Below the pieces are notes generated by a model that worked only from the letters and a program-made list of their open reading frames with translations, was not told where the DNA came from and ran no database searches. This document shows positions 9,999 through 19,008 of a stretch of DNA of 62,163 nucleotides, piece after piece; positions within the stretch are counted from its first letter, which is position 1, and every line of letters begins with the position of its first letter. Made by a program: the position numbers and the translations under genes. Location: the NCBI GenBank assembly GCA_964579635.1, contig CAZOFV010000005.1, positions 1-62,163 on the forward strand. Reading direction: 5' to 3'. This DNA comes from an uncultured Candidatus Saccharibacteria bacterium. GTDB taxonomy: Bacteria > Patescibacteriota > Minisyncoccia > Phycocordibacterales > VMEP01.

Positions 9999-11229
9999 AT
10001 CTTAACGCTTCAATCGGGCTTTTTGCTGCCGCTTTCTTTGCAGGATAAATACCGAAAATCAAACCAACTGTCGCAGAGACAGCTATACCTAAGAATGCCG
10101 CCGACCATGGGAACGTGAAAGTCCAAGCCATTCCATAAAAAGTGCTGATGATAAAAGCTATCAAAAATGAAAGTAAGGAACCGAGTGCTATGCCGACTAA
10201 ACCGCCTATGCCGGTAAGTATTGTTGCCTCAAGTAAAAATTGAGTAAGAATATTCTTTTTTGTCGCACCAAGCGCTTTTCGTAAACCAATTTCTCTCGTT
10301 CTTTCTGTAACAGAGACGAGCATGATATTCATAATTCCAATACCACCAACAACAAGTGAGATTGCAGCCACTAACGCCAAAAAAAGTGTCAGGGTGTTTA
10401 GTATCGTCCCAACTGTTTTTAGAGCATCAGCCTGTGTTTCTATTCCAAAATCATCTTTACTAGGGTCTGTGATATTGTGCGCGTCACGCAATGTTGTTTT
10501 TATGTCTTCTACGGTTTTTTCTATGTTGGCTTCACTGTCTGCACGAACGACAATCCTATTGAAATGTTTTATTCCGAAGATATAACTCTGTGCAGTGGTA
10601 TACGGCAACATGGCGATTTCATCAAAGTTAAACAATGACGAACTACCCTTTTCTGGAAGTAATCCAATCACCAAAAAATTCCTACCCTTAATTTTTATGC
10701 GTTCACCTAAGAGACTTTGGTTTGGAGAAAGTTCTTTCGCCGCCTTTGCTCCCAAGACAACAACATCAGCATAACCACGCACATCGTCGTCGTTTAGATT
10801 TCTGCCTTCAGAAGGAAAGGCGTCGTAAATTTCAGCCATCATCTCTGTTCCACCAAAAATATTTAAAGCATACGTCTCCCCTTCGTAAGAAGCAGTTTCG
10901 CTACCAAAAACAATTGGCATAATTCCATCTTGGTGCGGTAAATTCTCTCTTCGAGAAAGAAGATCTAAATCTCTTTGCTTTAAAGAAGCGCTTAATGTCG
11001 CAATTACATCGGTCGGCCCTTTTGGTGTTCTACCGGGAATAATACCGATGGTTTTCGCCCCAATACCCTGTATTTGGCCTAAAATAAGGTTTTCAGCCCC
11101 CTGCCCTAGCGAAACAACCATTATTATCGCAGTAACCCCAATAACGATTCCTAGGATGGTAAGCCCAGACCTTGTCTTGTTTGTCTTGAGTCCACCGATA
11201 GCAATTTTGATACTGTGTTTTAATGACAT
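9991..11229 (-). CDS. ABC transporter permease, MacB/FtsX family
   Basis: RSGLTILGIVIGV; GGIGIMNIMLVSVTERTREIGLRKALGA. Confidence 0.92.
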   Translation of the reverse strand: MSLKHSIKIAIGGLKTNKTRSGLTILGIVIGVTAIIMVVSLGQGAENLILGQIQGIGAKTIGIIPGRTPKGPTDVIATLSASLKQRDLDLLSRRENLPHQDGIMPIVFGSETASYEGETYALNIFGGTEMMAEIYDAFPSEGRNLNDDDVRGYADVVVLGAKAAKELSPNQSLLGERIKIKGRNFLVIGLLPEKGSSSLFNFDEIAMLPYTTAQSYIFGIKHFNRIVVRADSEANIEKTVEDIKTTLRDAHNITDPSKDDFGIETQADALKTVGTILNTLTLFLALVAAISLVVGGIGIMNIMLVSVTERTREIGLRKALGATKKNILTQFLLEATILTGIGGLVGIALGSLLSFLIAFIISTFYGMAWTFTFPWSAAFLGIAVSATVGLIFGIYPAKKAAAKSPIEALRYE

Positions 11230-11230
11230 G

Positions 11231-11947
11231 TTATTTTATAAACGCCTTTCCGGTGCGTCGCTCCTTAACCTTTTCATCGCTTTCTATAACACCATCACGA
11301 AGCCTAACTATCCTTTCTGCGTATTCAGCTGTATATGTTTCGTGGGTAATAAGGATAATGGTGTGACCCTTATCACGATTTAATTTTTGTATTATATCCA
11401 TAACAAGTTCGCCAGATTTTGAATCAAGATTACCTGTTGGTTCGTCGGCAAAAATAACCGGTGGTTTGTTCACCAGAGCGCGAGCAATAGCGACTCTTTG
11501 TTTTTCTCCTCCAGATAATTGGGCTGGCTCAAAATCTATTCTGTGCGTTAACCCAACTGATTCAATCGCTTCTTTTGCCATCTCGTCCCAAAGATTTTCA
11601 TCAACGCCTGAGTAAGTAAGTGGTAACTTCACATTTTCTAATACAGTAGTGCGTGGTAGAAGATTGAAAGATTGAAAAATAAATCCCAATTTTTTATTTC
11701 TAACATAAGCTATTTCTTCTTCGTTATAATCTTCAAAATTTTTACCATCAAATATGTATTCCCCTCCAGTAGATTTATCTAAGAAACCAAGAATATGAAG
11801 CAGTGTTGATTTACCAGAACCAGATGGTCCCATGATAGCGATAAACTGACCTTCCGGTATTTCAAAGGAAATTTTTTTTAAAACATGAGTCGCGACTTCT
11901 TCGTCGTGATATGTTTTCTCTAAATTTTTAACCGCCATTATCGCCAT
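11231..11947 (-). CDS. ABC transporter ATP-binding protein (MacB/LolD-like)
   Basis: [33 protein letters not shown]. Confidence 0.95.
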   Translation of the reverse strand: MAIMAVKNLEKTYHDEEVATHVLKKISFEIPEGQFIAIMGPSGSGKSTLLHILGFLDKSTGGEYIFDGKNFEDYNEEEIAYVRNKKLGFIFQSFNLLPRTTVLENVKLPLTYSGVDENLWDEMAKEAIESVGLTHRIDFEPAQLSGGEKQRVAIARALVNKPPVIFADEPTGNLDSKSGELVMDIIQKLNRDKGHTIILITHETYTAEYAERIVRLRDGVIESDEKVKERRTGKAFIK

Positions 11948-11982
11948 TTTATTTAAAGTATTTAACCTTATTTTGTAAACTA

Positions 11983-13515
11983 CTATTTTGTTCTAACCAT
12001 ATCCCCTTCTTTCAAGCCTGAGAGTATTTCAACATCACCGTTTGAGCCCCTGATTCCTGTCGTAATAACAACCTCGCTAGTATTTTCTCCGTCAAAAAGA
12101 GAAACTGTTTTTACTTTATCTTTCGTGGTGATTGTACGGCCAGGAATAAATAAAACATTTTCTTTTCTTTCCCCGACTACGTCTGTGTTCGCGGTCATTC
12201 CAGATTTAATGCGTGGGTCGTTTTTGTCAAAATTGAGTGTTGTCTTATAGGTTGCAACTCCATCTATCATGGTTTCCGCTGGGTCTATTTTTGACACCGT
12301 TGCTGTAAAAATAACATCGCTACCGTAAGCATCTAGCGTGATTTCTGCTTTATTGCCGGTTTTTATTTTTGCGATATCAGATTCTGGCACATTTGCTTCA
12401 ATTTCATATTTAGAATCAGATATAACCGACATTAAAATAACCGATGGTGAAGCGATTTCTCCTATTTTAGAGTTTTGCTTTACAACAACACCGCTTATTG
12501 GAGAATAGACGACCGATTTTGCCAATTGCGATTGAAGGTTAGAGACATTTGCTTTAGATCCATCAAGCACCGCTTCTTGGGCTAAGATTTTTTCAGGCAC
12601 ACTCCCCGCTTGTTTTAACGCTAGTTTTGACTTGCTACTAATTAAACCTTCTGTAGCTGTTGTTAGCGAAGAGAGTGCAGATGTTACGTTTGTTCTACCT
12701 GTTGCAATAGCTGATTTATAACCATCAATAGTTGTTTGGGTGAGAGTCGAACTAACAGAAAGCCCGTTTACAGCAAACGCGATTTTATCAAGATAATTTT
12801 GTACTGAGATAAGATTTTTCTTTGCTTCATTTGAATACACAACAACGTCTGAAGATACAGAAATTTTAGAAACTGAAGAGTTCCAAGCAACTAACATCTC
12901 TTCCATAGCTAATCTACCTGCTTCAATATCACTTTTTAGTTGATTATCAGAAAGAACAAAATTTATCTGTGGATTTGCGCTCTTCGGGTTACTCATAAAC
13001 TGATCAACCTTATTTCGAATAGCATCATCAGCGTATACATAACTACTCTTAATATCATTAATAACATCACTAGTTGCGCTATCAACATCCACTTGAGATA
13101 CGTAGATATCTTCTGCACGAGTCCCACTTTTGAGTTCGTCTAATTTTGCCTGCTCTGCTTTTACTGTCGCCATTGCTCCATCAAGCTGAGCTAAGATATC
13201 AGCAGTGCTAATTGAGGCAAGCGCCTCACCAGCATAAACATGGTCTCCAACATTTCGATAAACAGCAACAATCTTCCCAATTTTTTCAAAAGACAAATCA
13301 ACTGTTTGTGCCGGCTTAACTTTTCCGGTGACAGAAACAACTTGAGAAACAGTCCCACGAGTAACTGTCATATAATCTACTTCAGGAGTTTTTGTAAAAC
13401 TTTGATAAGCGTAAAAACCGGTTATTACAACAACCAGAGATACAAATCCCGAAAGCCACGGTTTCTTAACACAAAAAGCTTTAATTGTTTCTAGGTATCG
13501 CAATAAAAAGGACAT
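11983..13515 (-). CDS. Membrane fusion/adaptor protein (MacA/HlyD-like)
   Basis: N-terminal TM, lipoyl halves (SPISGVV), long helical hairpin, IKSGMTA. Confidence 0.85.
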   Translation of the reverse strand: MSFLLRYLETIKAFCVKKPWLSGFVSLVVVITGFYAYQSFTKTPEVDYMTVTRGTVSQVVSVTGKVKPAQTVDLSFEKIGKIVAVYRNVGDHVYAGEALASISTADILAQLDGAMATVKAEQAKLDELKSGTRAEDIYVSQVDVDSATSDVINDIKSSYVYADDAIRNKVDQFMSNPKSANPQINFVLSDNQLKSDIEAGRLAMEEMLVAWNSSVSKISVSSDVVVYSNEAKKNLISVQNYLDKIAFAVNGLSVSSTLTQTTIDGYKSAIATGRTNVTSALSSLTTATEGLISSKSKLALKQAGSVPEKILAQEAVLDGSKANVSNLQSQLAKSVVYSPISGVVVKQNSKIGEIASPSVILMSVISDSKYEIEANVPESDIAKIKTGNKAEITLDAYGSDVIFTATVSKIDPAETMIDGVATYKTTLNFDKNDPRIKSGMTANTDVVGERKENVLFIPGRTITTKDKVKTVSLFDGENTSEVVITTGIRGSNGDVEILSGLKEGDMVRTK

Positions 13516-13766
13516 AAAAAAATATTAGATTAAAAATCCCGCTGAATAATGGTGTTATTATAACATATTTTTATTACTCATATAAAAAATTTTGTTCTTA
13601 AAAACGCTGCAAAATTGATGTTTTTTGAATAAATATCTTTAAAGAGTAAACTAGGTGTTTTAATCACCACGTTTTAGAATAAACAGACGGTCGTCTTGTA
13701 ATAAACCGTGGTGTTATACTTAAACAAAAAAAACATTAGAGGCATCATTACTTTTTCTTTAAATAG

Positions 13767-14954
13767 ATGAAAACTTCATATTCAGCATTAGACACATTCA
13801 AGGTTTGCCCTTTGAAATATAAATATCAGGTTATTGAAAGGCGCCCTGCCCCAAAAAGAATAGAAGCAATTTTTGGAACTTTGATTCACAGCGCCTTGAA
13901 ATATATGTTCGAGCGCAATCCACTCTACCCAACCTTAGACGAAGTAATTAATTTTTTTACCATAAAATTTAATGAAAAAGCTGAAGGGGTTTTGTTTAAT
14001 GACCCAAAAACAAAAGAAGCTGAGGAAAAGATGTATTTTGAAGAAGGTGTTCGAATGTTGCGAAATTTTTATAAAAAAAATCAACCTTGGAATTTTAATG
14101 CACTTGAATTAGAAACGAGATTTTCTTTAGATTTGGTTGATGAGAAAACAAATCGCACCCATACCTTTTCTGGAATAATTGATCGTGTTGACAAAAATGA
14201 AGAAGATGGGTCATATGAAATAATCGACTATAAAACAGCAAAAAAAATGCCAGCGGAATCAACACTTGAAGAAAACTTACAATTAAATTTATATCATTTA
14301 GCACTAACTAAGCGCTGGCCCTCAATAACTTCTGGAAAAATTAAACTATCTTTATATTTTTTAAAACATAATGAAAAAATATCACTTACCCCAAACGAAG
14401 AAGTCATAAAAAAAGCACGCGAAGCATTACTTTCTACTATCCGTGAGGTTGAAGAAAAAACAGAAAAAGATGATTTTGAGCCAATGCCAGGACCACTATG
14501 TGATTATTGTGGATTTCGCCCTATTTGTCCGATGTGGTCACATGAATATAAGGTAGAAAAAAACGAACCCGATGAAAAAGAGGTCGCTTCCGCAATTGAA
14601 GAATTTTTTGCACTAAAAGAAAGTGAAGACAAAAATAAGGATCGTTTGGGAGAGTTGAGAGAAACAATCATTAGCTATATGGATAAAGAAAAGGTTGAGC
14701 GGGTTTTTGGTGGTCCCGGCTTTATTACTCGGACAAACCAAGAGCGTGTGTCTTACGACTTAGAAAAAATAAGACCACAATTAGAAGCTAGTGGACGTTG
14801 GCAAAAATTATTAGTTCCAGACTCAAAGAAACTTGAGGAGATAATGGATGAGCTTACAGATGAAGAAGCTTCTGCTGTAAAAGAAGCAAAAATCACTAAA
14901 AAATTCGCAACATTAAAATCAACAAGAAAAAAGGGAGAACCTGAGGAACTATAA
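13767..14954 (+). CDS. PD-(D/E)XK nuclease, RecB/Cas4-like, with C-terminal extension
   Basis: CPLKY, GIIDRVD, IIDYKT, QLxxY, CDYC...C (four Cys). Confidence 0.85.
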   Translation: MKTSYSALDTFKVCPLKYKYQVIERRPAPKRIEAIFGTLIHSALKYMFERNPLYPTLDEVINFFTIKFNEKAEGVLFNDPKTKEAEEKMYFEEGVRMLRNFYKKNQPWNFNALELETRFSLDLVDEKTNRTHTFSGIIDRVDKNEEDGSYEIIDYKTAKKMPAESTLEENLQLNLYHLALTKRWPSITSGKIKLSLYFLKHNEKISLTPNEEVIKKAREALLSTIREVEEKTEKDDFEPMPGPLCDYCGFRPICPMWSHEYKVEKNEPDEKEVASAIEEFFALKESEDKNKDRLGELRETIISYMDKEKVERVFGGPGFITRTNQERVSYDLEKIRPQLEASGRWQKLLVPDSKKLEEIMDELTDEEASAVKEAKITKKFATLKSTRKKGEPEEL

Positions 14955-14983
14955 AATAGATTCTTTTAGATAATCTAGTAGCA

Positions 14984-15367
14984 CTAAGGAGTAAGTCCTG
15001 GGCAATTAGCGGCCGGTGTATATCCTGCCTGTTTAGCTTCTTCTTCAGAAGTGAATGTTATTTTATTTTTAGGACTAATAGTCCCCGCCCCCGAACACCA
15101 CTCTAAAAAATATTTTTCTCCGTTTCTAGAAGCAACGTAATTTTTTTCTTGAGAAGTAGTTTTGGTGGAGCTTGGTTTTTTCGAGATCACTCCGCTTTCT
15201 GTTACTGTAACTGGAAACCTAGTTTCTTCTGTCTTTGAAAGACGACCAAGACCGAAAGAGGCAAAAGCAACCAAGATTATAACTGCGGAAATAAAGAAAT
15301 CCCGTTCCCCTATAAAACGAGCCAAATCCTTGATTTTTAGCAATAAATAATCTATAATCCGCATCAA
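14984..15367 (-). CDS. Membrane-anchored protein with degenerate Ada-type metal-binding domain
   Basis: One TM, then YVASRNGEKY...C...FTSEEEAKQAGYTPAANC. Confidence 0.7.
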   Translation of the reverse strand: MMRIIDYLLLKIKDLARFIGERDFFISAVIILVAFASFGLGRLSKTEETRFPVTVTESGVISKKPSSTKTTSQEKNYVASRNGEKYFLEWCSGAGTISPKNKITFTSEEEAKQAGYTPAANCPGLTP

Positions 15368-15423
15368 CGTAATCTTATCATAAGACCTTACGGGAAAAGG
15401 CTTTTTTTAACTTTTAAAACAAT

Positions 15424-15696
15424 ATGGCAACACGAAAAGCTGCGGGTACAGCTAAAAACCTGAGAGATTCAAACGCAAAGTACTTGGGTACTAAGCTTCA
15501 TGATGGCGAAACGGCAAAATCCGGGTCTATTATCGTACGTCAGCGTGGAACAAAGATAATGTCTGGAAAAAACACTGGAGTTGGGACAGACCACACCATC
15601 TTCGCCCTAAAAGAAGGTAAAGTGAAATTTACTACAAAAAGAAAAGTTGGCTTCAATGGAAAAACAACAGTTAAGAAAGTAGTAAGCGTTATCTAA
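15424..15696 (+). CDS. rpmA: 50S ribosomal protein L27
   Basis: RDSNAKYLGTK, IIVRQRGT, DHTIFAL. Confidence 0.97.
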   Translation: MATRKAAGTAKNLRDSNAKYLGTKLHDGETAKSGSIIVRQRGTKIMSGKNTGVGTDHTIFALKEGKVKFTTKRKVGFNGKTTVKKVVSVI

Positions 15697-15711
15697 CAAA
15701 ATACGAATTTA

Positions 15712-15749
15712 AATAAAAAAGAGCGATTTATAAATCGCTCTTTTTTATT
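15712..15749. terminator. Bidirectional intrinsic terminator (perfect 38-bp palindrome)
   Basis: AATAAAAAAGAGCGATTTA|TAAATCGCTCTTTTTTATT between convergent rpmA and rplI. Confidence 0.85.
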
Positions 15750-15768
15750 GACACTATTTTACTAAAGA

Positions 15769-16215
15769 CTATTCAATACCTTCTACTTTTAAAGTAATTT
15801 TTGCCTTCTTGTCTTTTATTGCAATCTCTATAGGAAATTCTCCAACTTCTCTAATTGGTTCTTCAAGCAAAATCATTTCAGGTTTAACTAAAAGCCTAGT
15901 TGCCTCAAGAAGAGCTTTGGAAACCTCATCTCTGTGAATACCGGCAAATAAATGGCCTTTTTCGTTGGCTTTTTCTTTCATGGTCAAAGTAACACCGTTT
16001 ATGTCATGAAAATTTTTTTCCAAAAGGTCCTCTTGTATTTCTTTTTCGGCTAATGTTGCTTTTTTCATCAACTCAAGACGAGCTAACGACTTATCCGTCA
16101 CAACCTCAACTAATTTTCTAGGAAAGAGGAAATTCTTGGCAAAACCATCAGAAACCTCCTTTACCTCGTATTTTTTCCCTTGTCTTGGCACGTCGTGTAA
16201 AAATATGACTTTCAT
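15769..16215 (-). CDS. rplI: 50S ribosomal protein L9
   Basis: MKVIFLHDV...G...EVSDGFAKNFLFP; GHLFAGI. Confidence 0.95.
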   Translation of the reverse strand: MKVIFLHDVPRQGKKYEVKEVSDGFAKNFLFPRKLVEVVTDKSLARLELMKKATLAEKEIQEDLLEKNFHDINGVTLTMKEKANEKGHLFAGIHRDEVSKALLEATRLLVKPEMILLEEPIREVGEFPIEIAIKDKKAKITLKVEGIE

Positions 16216-16242
16216 GTAATTTGATTTAGTTAGAGCGCCAGT

Positions 16243-17463
16243 CTAGCTTTTTTTCAAAAGAATTTCAACTGCCTTCTCAAGCTGGGTATCTATTCCGTCT
16301 TTCAAATCTTTTTCAGAGCTAGTTGCAACAAATTCCGGCGTAATCCCACCCTCAGAAATAGATACACCATTTGGAGTGAGCCACCTTGCGATAGTGACTT
16401 TAAGAGAGGTGTCCTCGGTTATTTTAACCAATTCTTGAACAGAGCCTTTTCCGAAACTACGCTCCCCTACGACAATCGCCTTACCGTGCTCTGAGAGGGC
16501 TCCGGTTAAGATTTCTGAAGCTGAAGCTGAGCCACGATTTATTAAAATAACCATTTTTAACTTATCGCTAAAAATATCGTATCCTCTACTTCTATAAACC
16601 TCTTCTTTTTGTTTCTTACCAAAATCTTCGCGAACAATAACCTTGCCGGCTGGCAAAAACCAGCTAGCCATATCAACAGAAGCTTCAAGGTAGCCACCAG
16701 GATTACCCCTTAAGTCTAAAATCAACTTATCACTACCGGAAGTTATGAACTCGCGTAATGCTTTAGTGAAAAGAGCTGGTGAGTTTTCTGAAAAGCTATA
16801 AAGGCTGATAACAAAAATTCCATCCTTTCTTAAATTAGTTTTTATTGTCGGAATATTTATCGTGTCTCTTACAACAGATATTTCTGTTGGTTTAGCATCG
16901 CCATTACGAAAAATGGATAACTTAACAGAAGTTCCTTTTTCACCGCGAATAAGTTTAACAGCGGCATCAACTGTCATTTCTGAAGTTGGCTTATCATCTA
17001 TTTTAAAAATTTTATCTCCCGCCCTGATTCCCGCACGTTCAGCTGGAGAGTCTTTTAGTGGAGAAACAACAGTTATCACCTCGTCGCGTAAACCAATTTC
17101 CATACCAACGCCACCAAACTCACCTTTTATGTCTTCAGCAAAAGCTTTTGATTCAACTGGCGGGAAGAAAACTGTATATGGATCGCCAAAAGATTCAGTG
17201 AGACCAGCAATAGCTCCGTAAACTTTTTCTTGGTCAGTTGGCATTTTATTTTTTGAAACAAATTTTTCATCCAAAACAGACCAGGCCTTCCAAAAAGAAT
17301 CAAAGTCGGTCTCAACACCTGGTGGCAGGTTAGTATTTGCTAAAGAAATTTCTTTAGTATCAGAAGAAGATTGTTTACCAAAATAAAAACCAGAGCCAAA
17401 AACAACGGCGAACACTACGCCAAACAAAACAGCGTAAAAATATTTTCGATAGTGTAAGAACAT
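16243..17463 (-). CDS. Carboxyl-terminal processing protease (S41, CtpA-like) with PDZ domain
   Basis: DLRGNPGG, SASASEI, FGKGSVQ; N-terminal TM. Confidence 0.92.
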   Translation of the reverse strand: MFLHYRKYFYAVLFGVVFAVVFGSGFYFGKQSSSDTKEISLANTNLPPGVETDFDSFWKAWSVLDEKFVSKNKMPTDQEKVYGAIAGLTESFGDPYTVFFPPVESKAFAEDIKGEFGGVGMEIGLRDEVITVVSPLKDSPAERAGIRAGDKIFKIDDKPTSEMTVDAAVKLIRGEKGTSVKLSIFRNGDAKPTEISVVRDTINIPTIKTNLRKDGIFVISLYSFSENSPALFTKALREFITSGSDKLILDLRGNPGGYLEASVDMASWFLPAGKVIVREDFGKKQKEEVYRSRGYDIFSDKLKMVILINRGSASASEILTGALSEHGKAIVVGERSFGKGSVQELVKITEDTSLKVTIARWLTPNGVSISEGGITPEFVATSSEKDLKDGIDTQLEKAVEILLKKS

Positions 17464-17494
17464 TTGTGGATTATCTCATATGAAGAGATGTTGG

Positions 17495-17535
17495 GTCAAT
17501 TAGAAATTGACTTTTATTATACACATGTGAAGATA
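17495..17535. promoter_or_regulatory. Back-to-back -35 elements (GTCAATT-AGA-AATTGAC) for divergent ctpA-like and ORFan promoters
   Basis: TTGACT at 17507-17512 (+) and TTGACC on (-); -10 matches imperfect. Confidence 0.5.
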
Positions 17536-17599
17536 TGTAGGTCGGTAGAGTTTTACCGATGGTACACAACGACACGTCAACAATCAAAAGGAGAACGCC

Positions 17600-17761
17600 A
17601 TGAAGAAGCTGAAACCCGGCATCATCAGTGCCGGCGCCAAATCGAAGAGCAAGGCCTTTGCGCGCCCCTGTCGTCCCCGACCCAACGCCCGCGCGTTCGC
17701 CGAGAATGAAAAGGACCATCCGCAGGATGCCCTCGCAATCGGCGCCGGTAGCAGCAACTGA
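17600..17761 (+). CDS. 53-aa ORFan absent from the ORF track (MKKLKPGIISAGAKSKSKAFARPCRPRPNARAFAENEKDHPQDALAIGAGSSN)
   Basis: AAAGGAGA 5 nt before ATG; 40 of 53 codons end in G/C; TGA-TAG stops, then a terminator. Confidence 0.65.
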   Translation: MKKLKPGIISAGAKSKSKAFARPCRPRPNARAFAENEKDHPQDALAIGAGSSN

Positions 17762-17786
17762 TAGCGATTCGCCGGAGTACCACCCC

Positions 17787-17821
17787 CCCCACCAATCTGA
17801 CGAAAGGTGGGGTAATTTTTT
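17787..17821 (+). terminator. Intrinsic terminator
   Basis: CCCCACC/GGTGGGG stem followed by a T tract. Confidence 0.65.
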
Positions 17822-17914
17822 CCCAAATTTTAAGCTCTATTTTTTCCTAAAAATCTAAAACTTTTTGTTTAAAAAAATACAGATAAAATAATCTTTTTGT
17901 ATTAAAACACTCCT

Positions 17915-18005
17915 AAAATACCTTCAAAAAACATTGCGCAGTGCGACCGGCACGAGCATAGTAAATTTTTAGCAAAAAATTATACGTGTTTTTTGAAGGT
18001 ATTTT
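17915..18005. repeat. Palindromic MITE/REP-like element, copy A
   Basis: Terminal arms AAAATACCTTCAAAAA/TTTTTGAAGGTATTTT; near reverse complement of 44118-44207. Confidence 0.8.
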
Positions 18006-18093
18006 AAAAAAAGAAAAATATGTGCTTCTAAAGGTAAAAACAAAAAACAATATTATAGTATTGAAAGAAAACTTGTTATATAATATCTCCAAC

Positions 18094-19008
18094 ATGCAAA
18101 ACGTATACAAGCACAATAATGTAACTTGGGTTGATTTAGAATCGCCAACAAAAGAAGAAATAAGAAATGTAATTAATGAATACAGAGTGCACCCATTAAT
18201 TGCAGAGGAATTACTCATCCCAACACTTAGACCAAAAGTTGATTTATACGATGATTGTATATATCTAATCCTCCACTTCCCCTCAGTTATTCACGCGCAC
18301 TCAAAACACACCTCAGCTGAAATAGATTTTGTTATTGGTAAAAACTACATTATTACTGCTCACTATGAGTCCATGGATTCAATTCATCAGTTTTCAAAGA
18401 TTTTTGAAGTAAATTCAATATTAGACAAAAGCAATATGGGTGAACATAGTGGTTATTTATTGTTTTACCTACTTCGAGAACTATATAAAAACTTAATGGA
18501 ACAATTGTTCGATATAGACAAGAATTTAAAAAATATTGAGGATAGAATTTTCCGTGGTGAAGAACATGAAATGGTTCGAACAATTTCTCATATGAATAGA
18601 AAGCTTCTCACCTTTAAACAAGCAATTCAGTATCATCAAGGAGTTCTTGAATCATTTGAAACAGCCGGGCGTCATTTCTTTGGGGATAGTTTTAATTACC
18701 ATTTAAGATCGATGCTCTCGGAATACCACAAGGTCTCAAGCACTCTTGAAGGCCATCGCGACACGGTTAATGAGCTTAGAAACACAAACGACTCTCTTCT
18801 TTCGAGTAAAACAAACGCTGTAATGAAAACTCTAACCGTTATGGCTTTTATTATCCTACCCATGACTTTTATTGGACAACTATTTGGAGTCAGTATCAAA
18901 GAAATACCACTACAAGACTCACCTAATGGATTTTGGATTATTACTTCAATCATGACCTTTGTTGGGATTTCTGGTTTTGCTATTTTTAAATACAAAAAAT
19001 GGCTATAA
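18094..19008 (+). CDS. corA: CorA-family divalent cation transporter
   Basis: TWVDL, HPL, two C-terminal TMs; GMN replaced by GVS; start moved to ATG 18094 because the track start lies inside repeat A. Confidence 0.85.
   Translation: MQNVYKHNNVTWVDLESPTKEEIRNVINEYRVHPLIAEELLIPTLRPKVDLYDDCIYLILHFPSVIHAHSKHTSAEIDFVIGKNYIITAHYESMDSIHQFSKIFEVNSILDKSNMGEHSGYLLFYLLRELYKNLMEQLFDIDKNLKNIEDRIFRGEEHEMVRTISHMNRKLLTFKQAIQYHQGVLESFETAGRHFFGDSFNYHLRSMLSEYHKVSSTLEGHRDTVNELRNTNDSLLSSKTNAVMKTLTVMAFIILPMTFIGQLFGVSIKEIPLQDSPNGFWIITSIMTFVGISGFAIFKYKKWL

Noticed and set aside
17464-17858. Track ORFs 17464-17709, 17471-17719, 17584-17826, 17628-17858
   Set aside because: No RBS or they cross promoter/terminator; the SD-led 17600-17761 frame explains the composition
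17986-18093. N-terminal extension of CorA
   Set aside because: Reads through repeat A and the promoter; similar over-extended starts trimmed for yqeY, mreC, priA, dgkA and 55389
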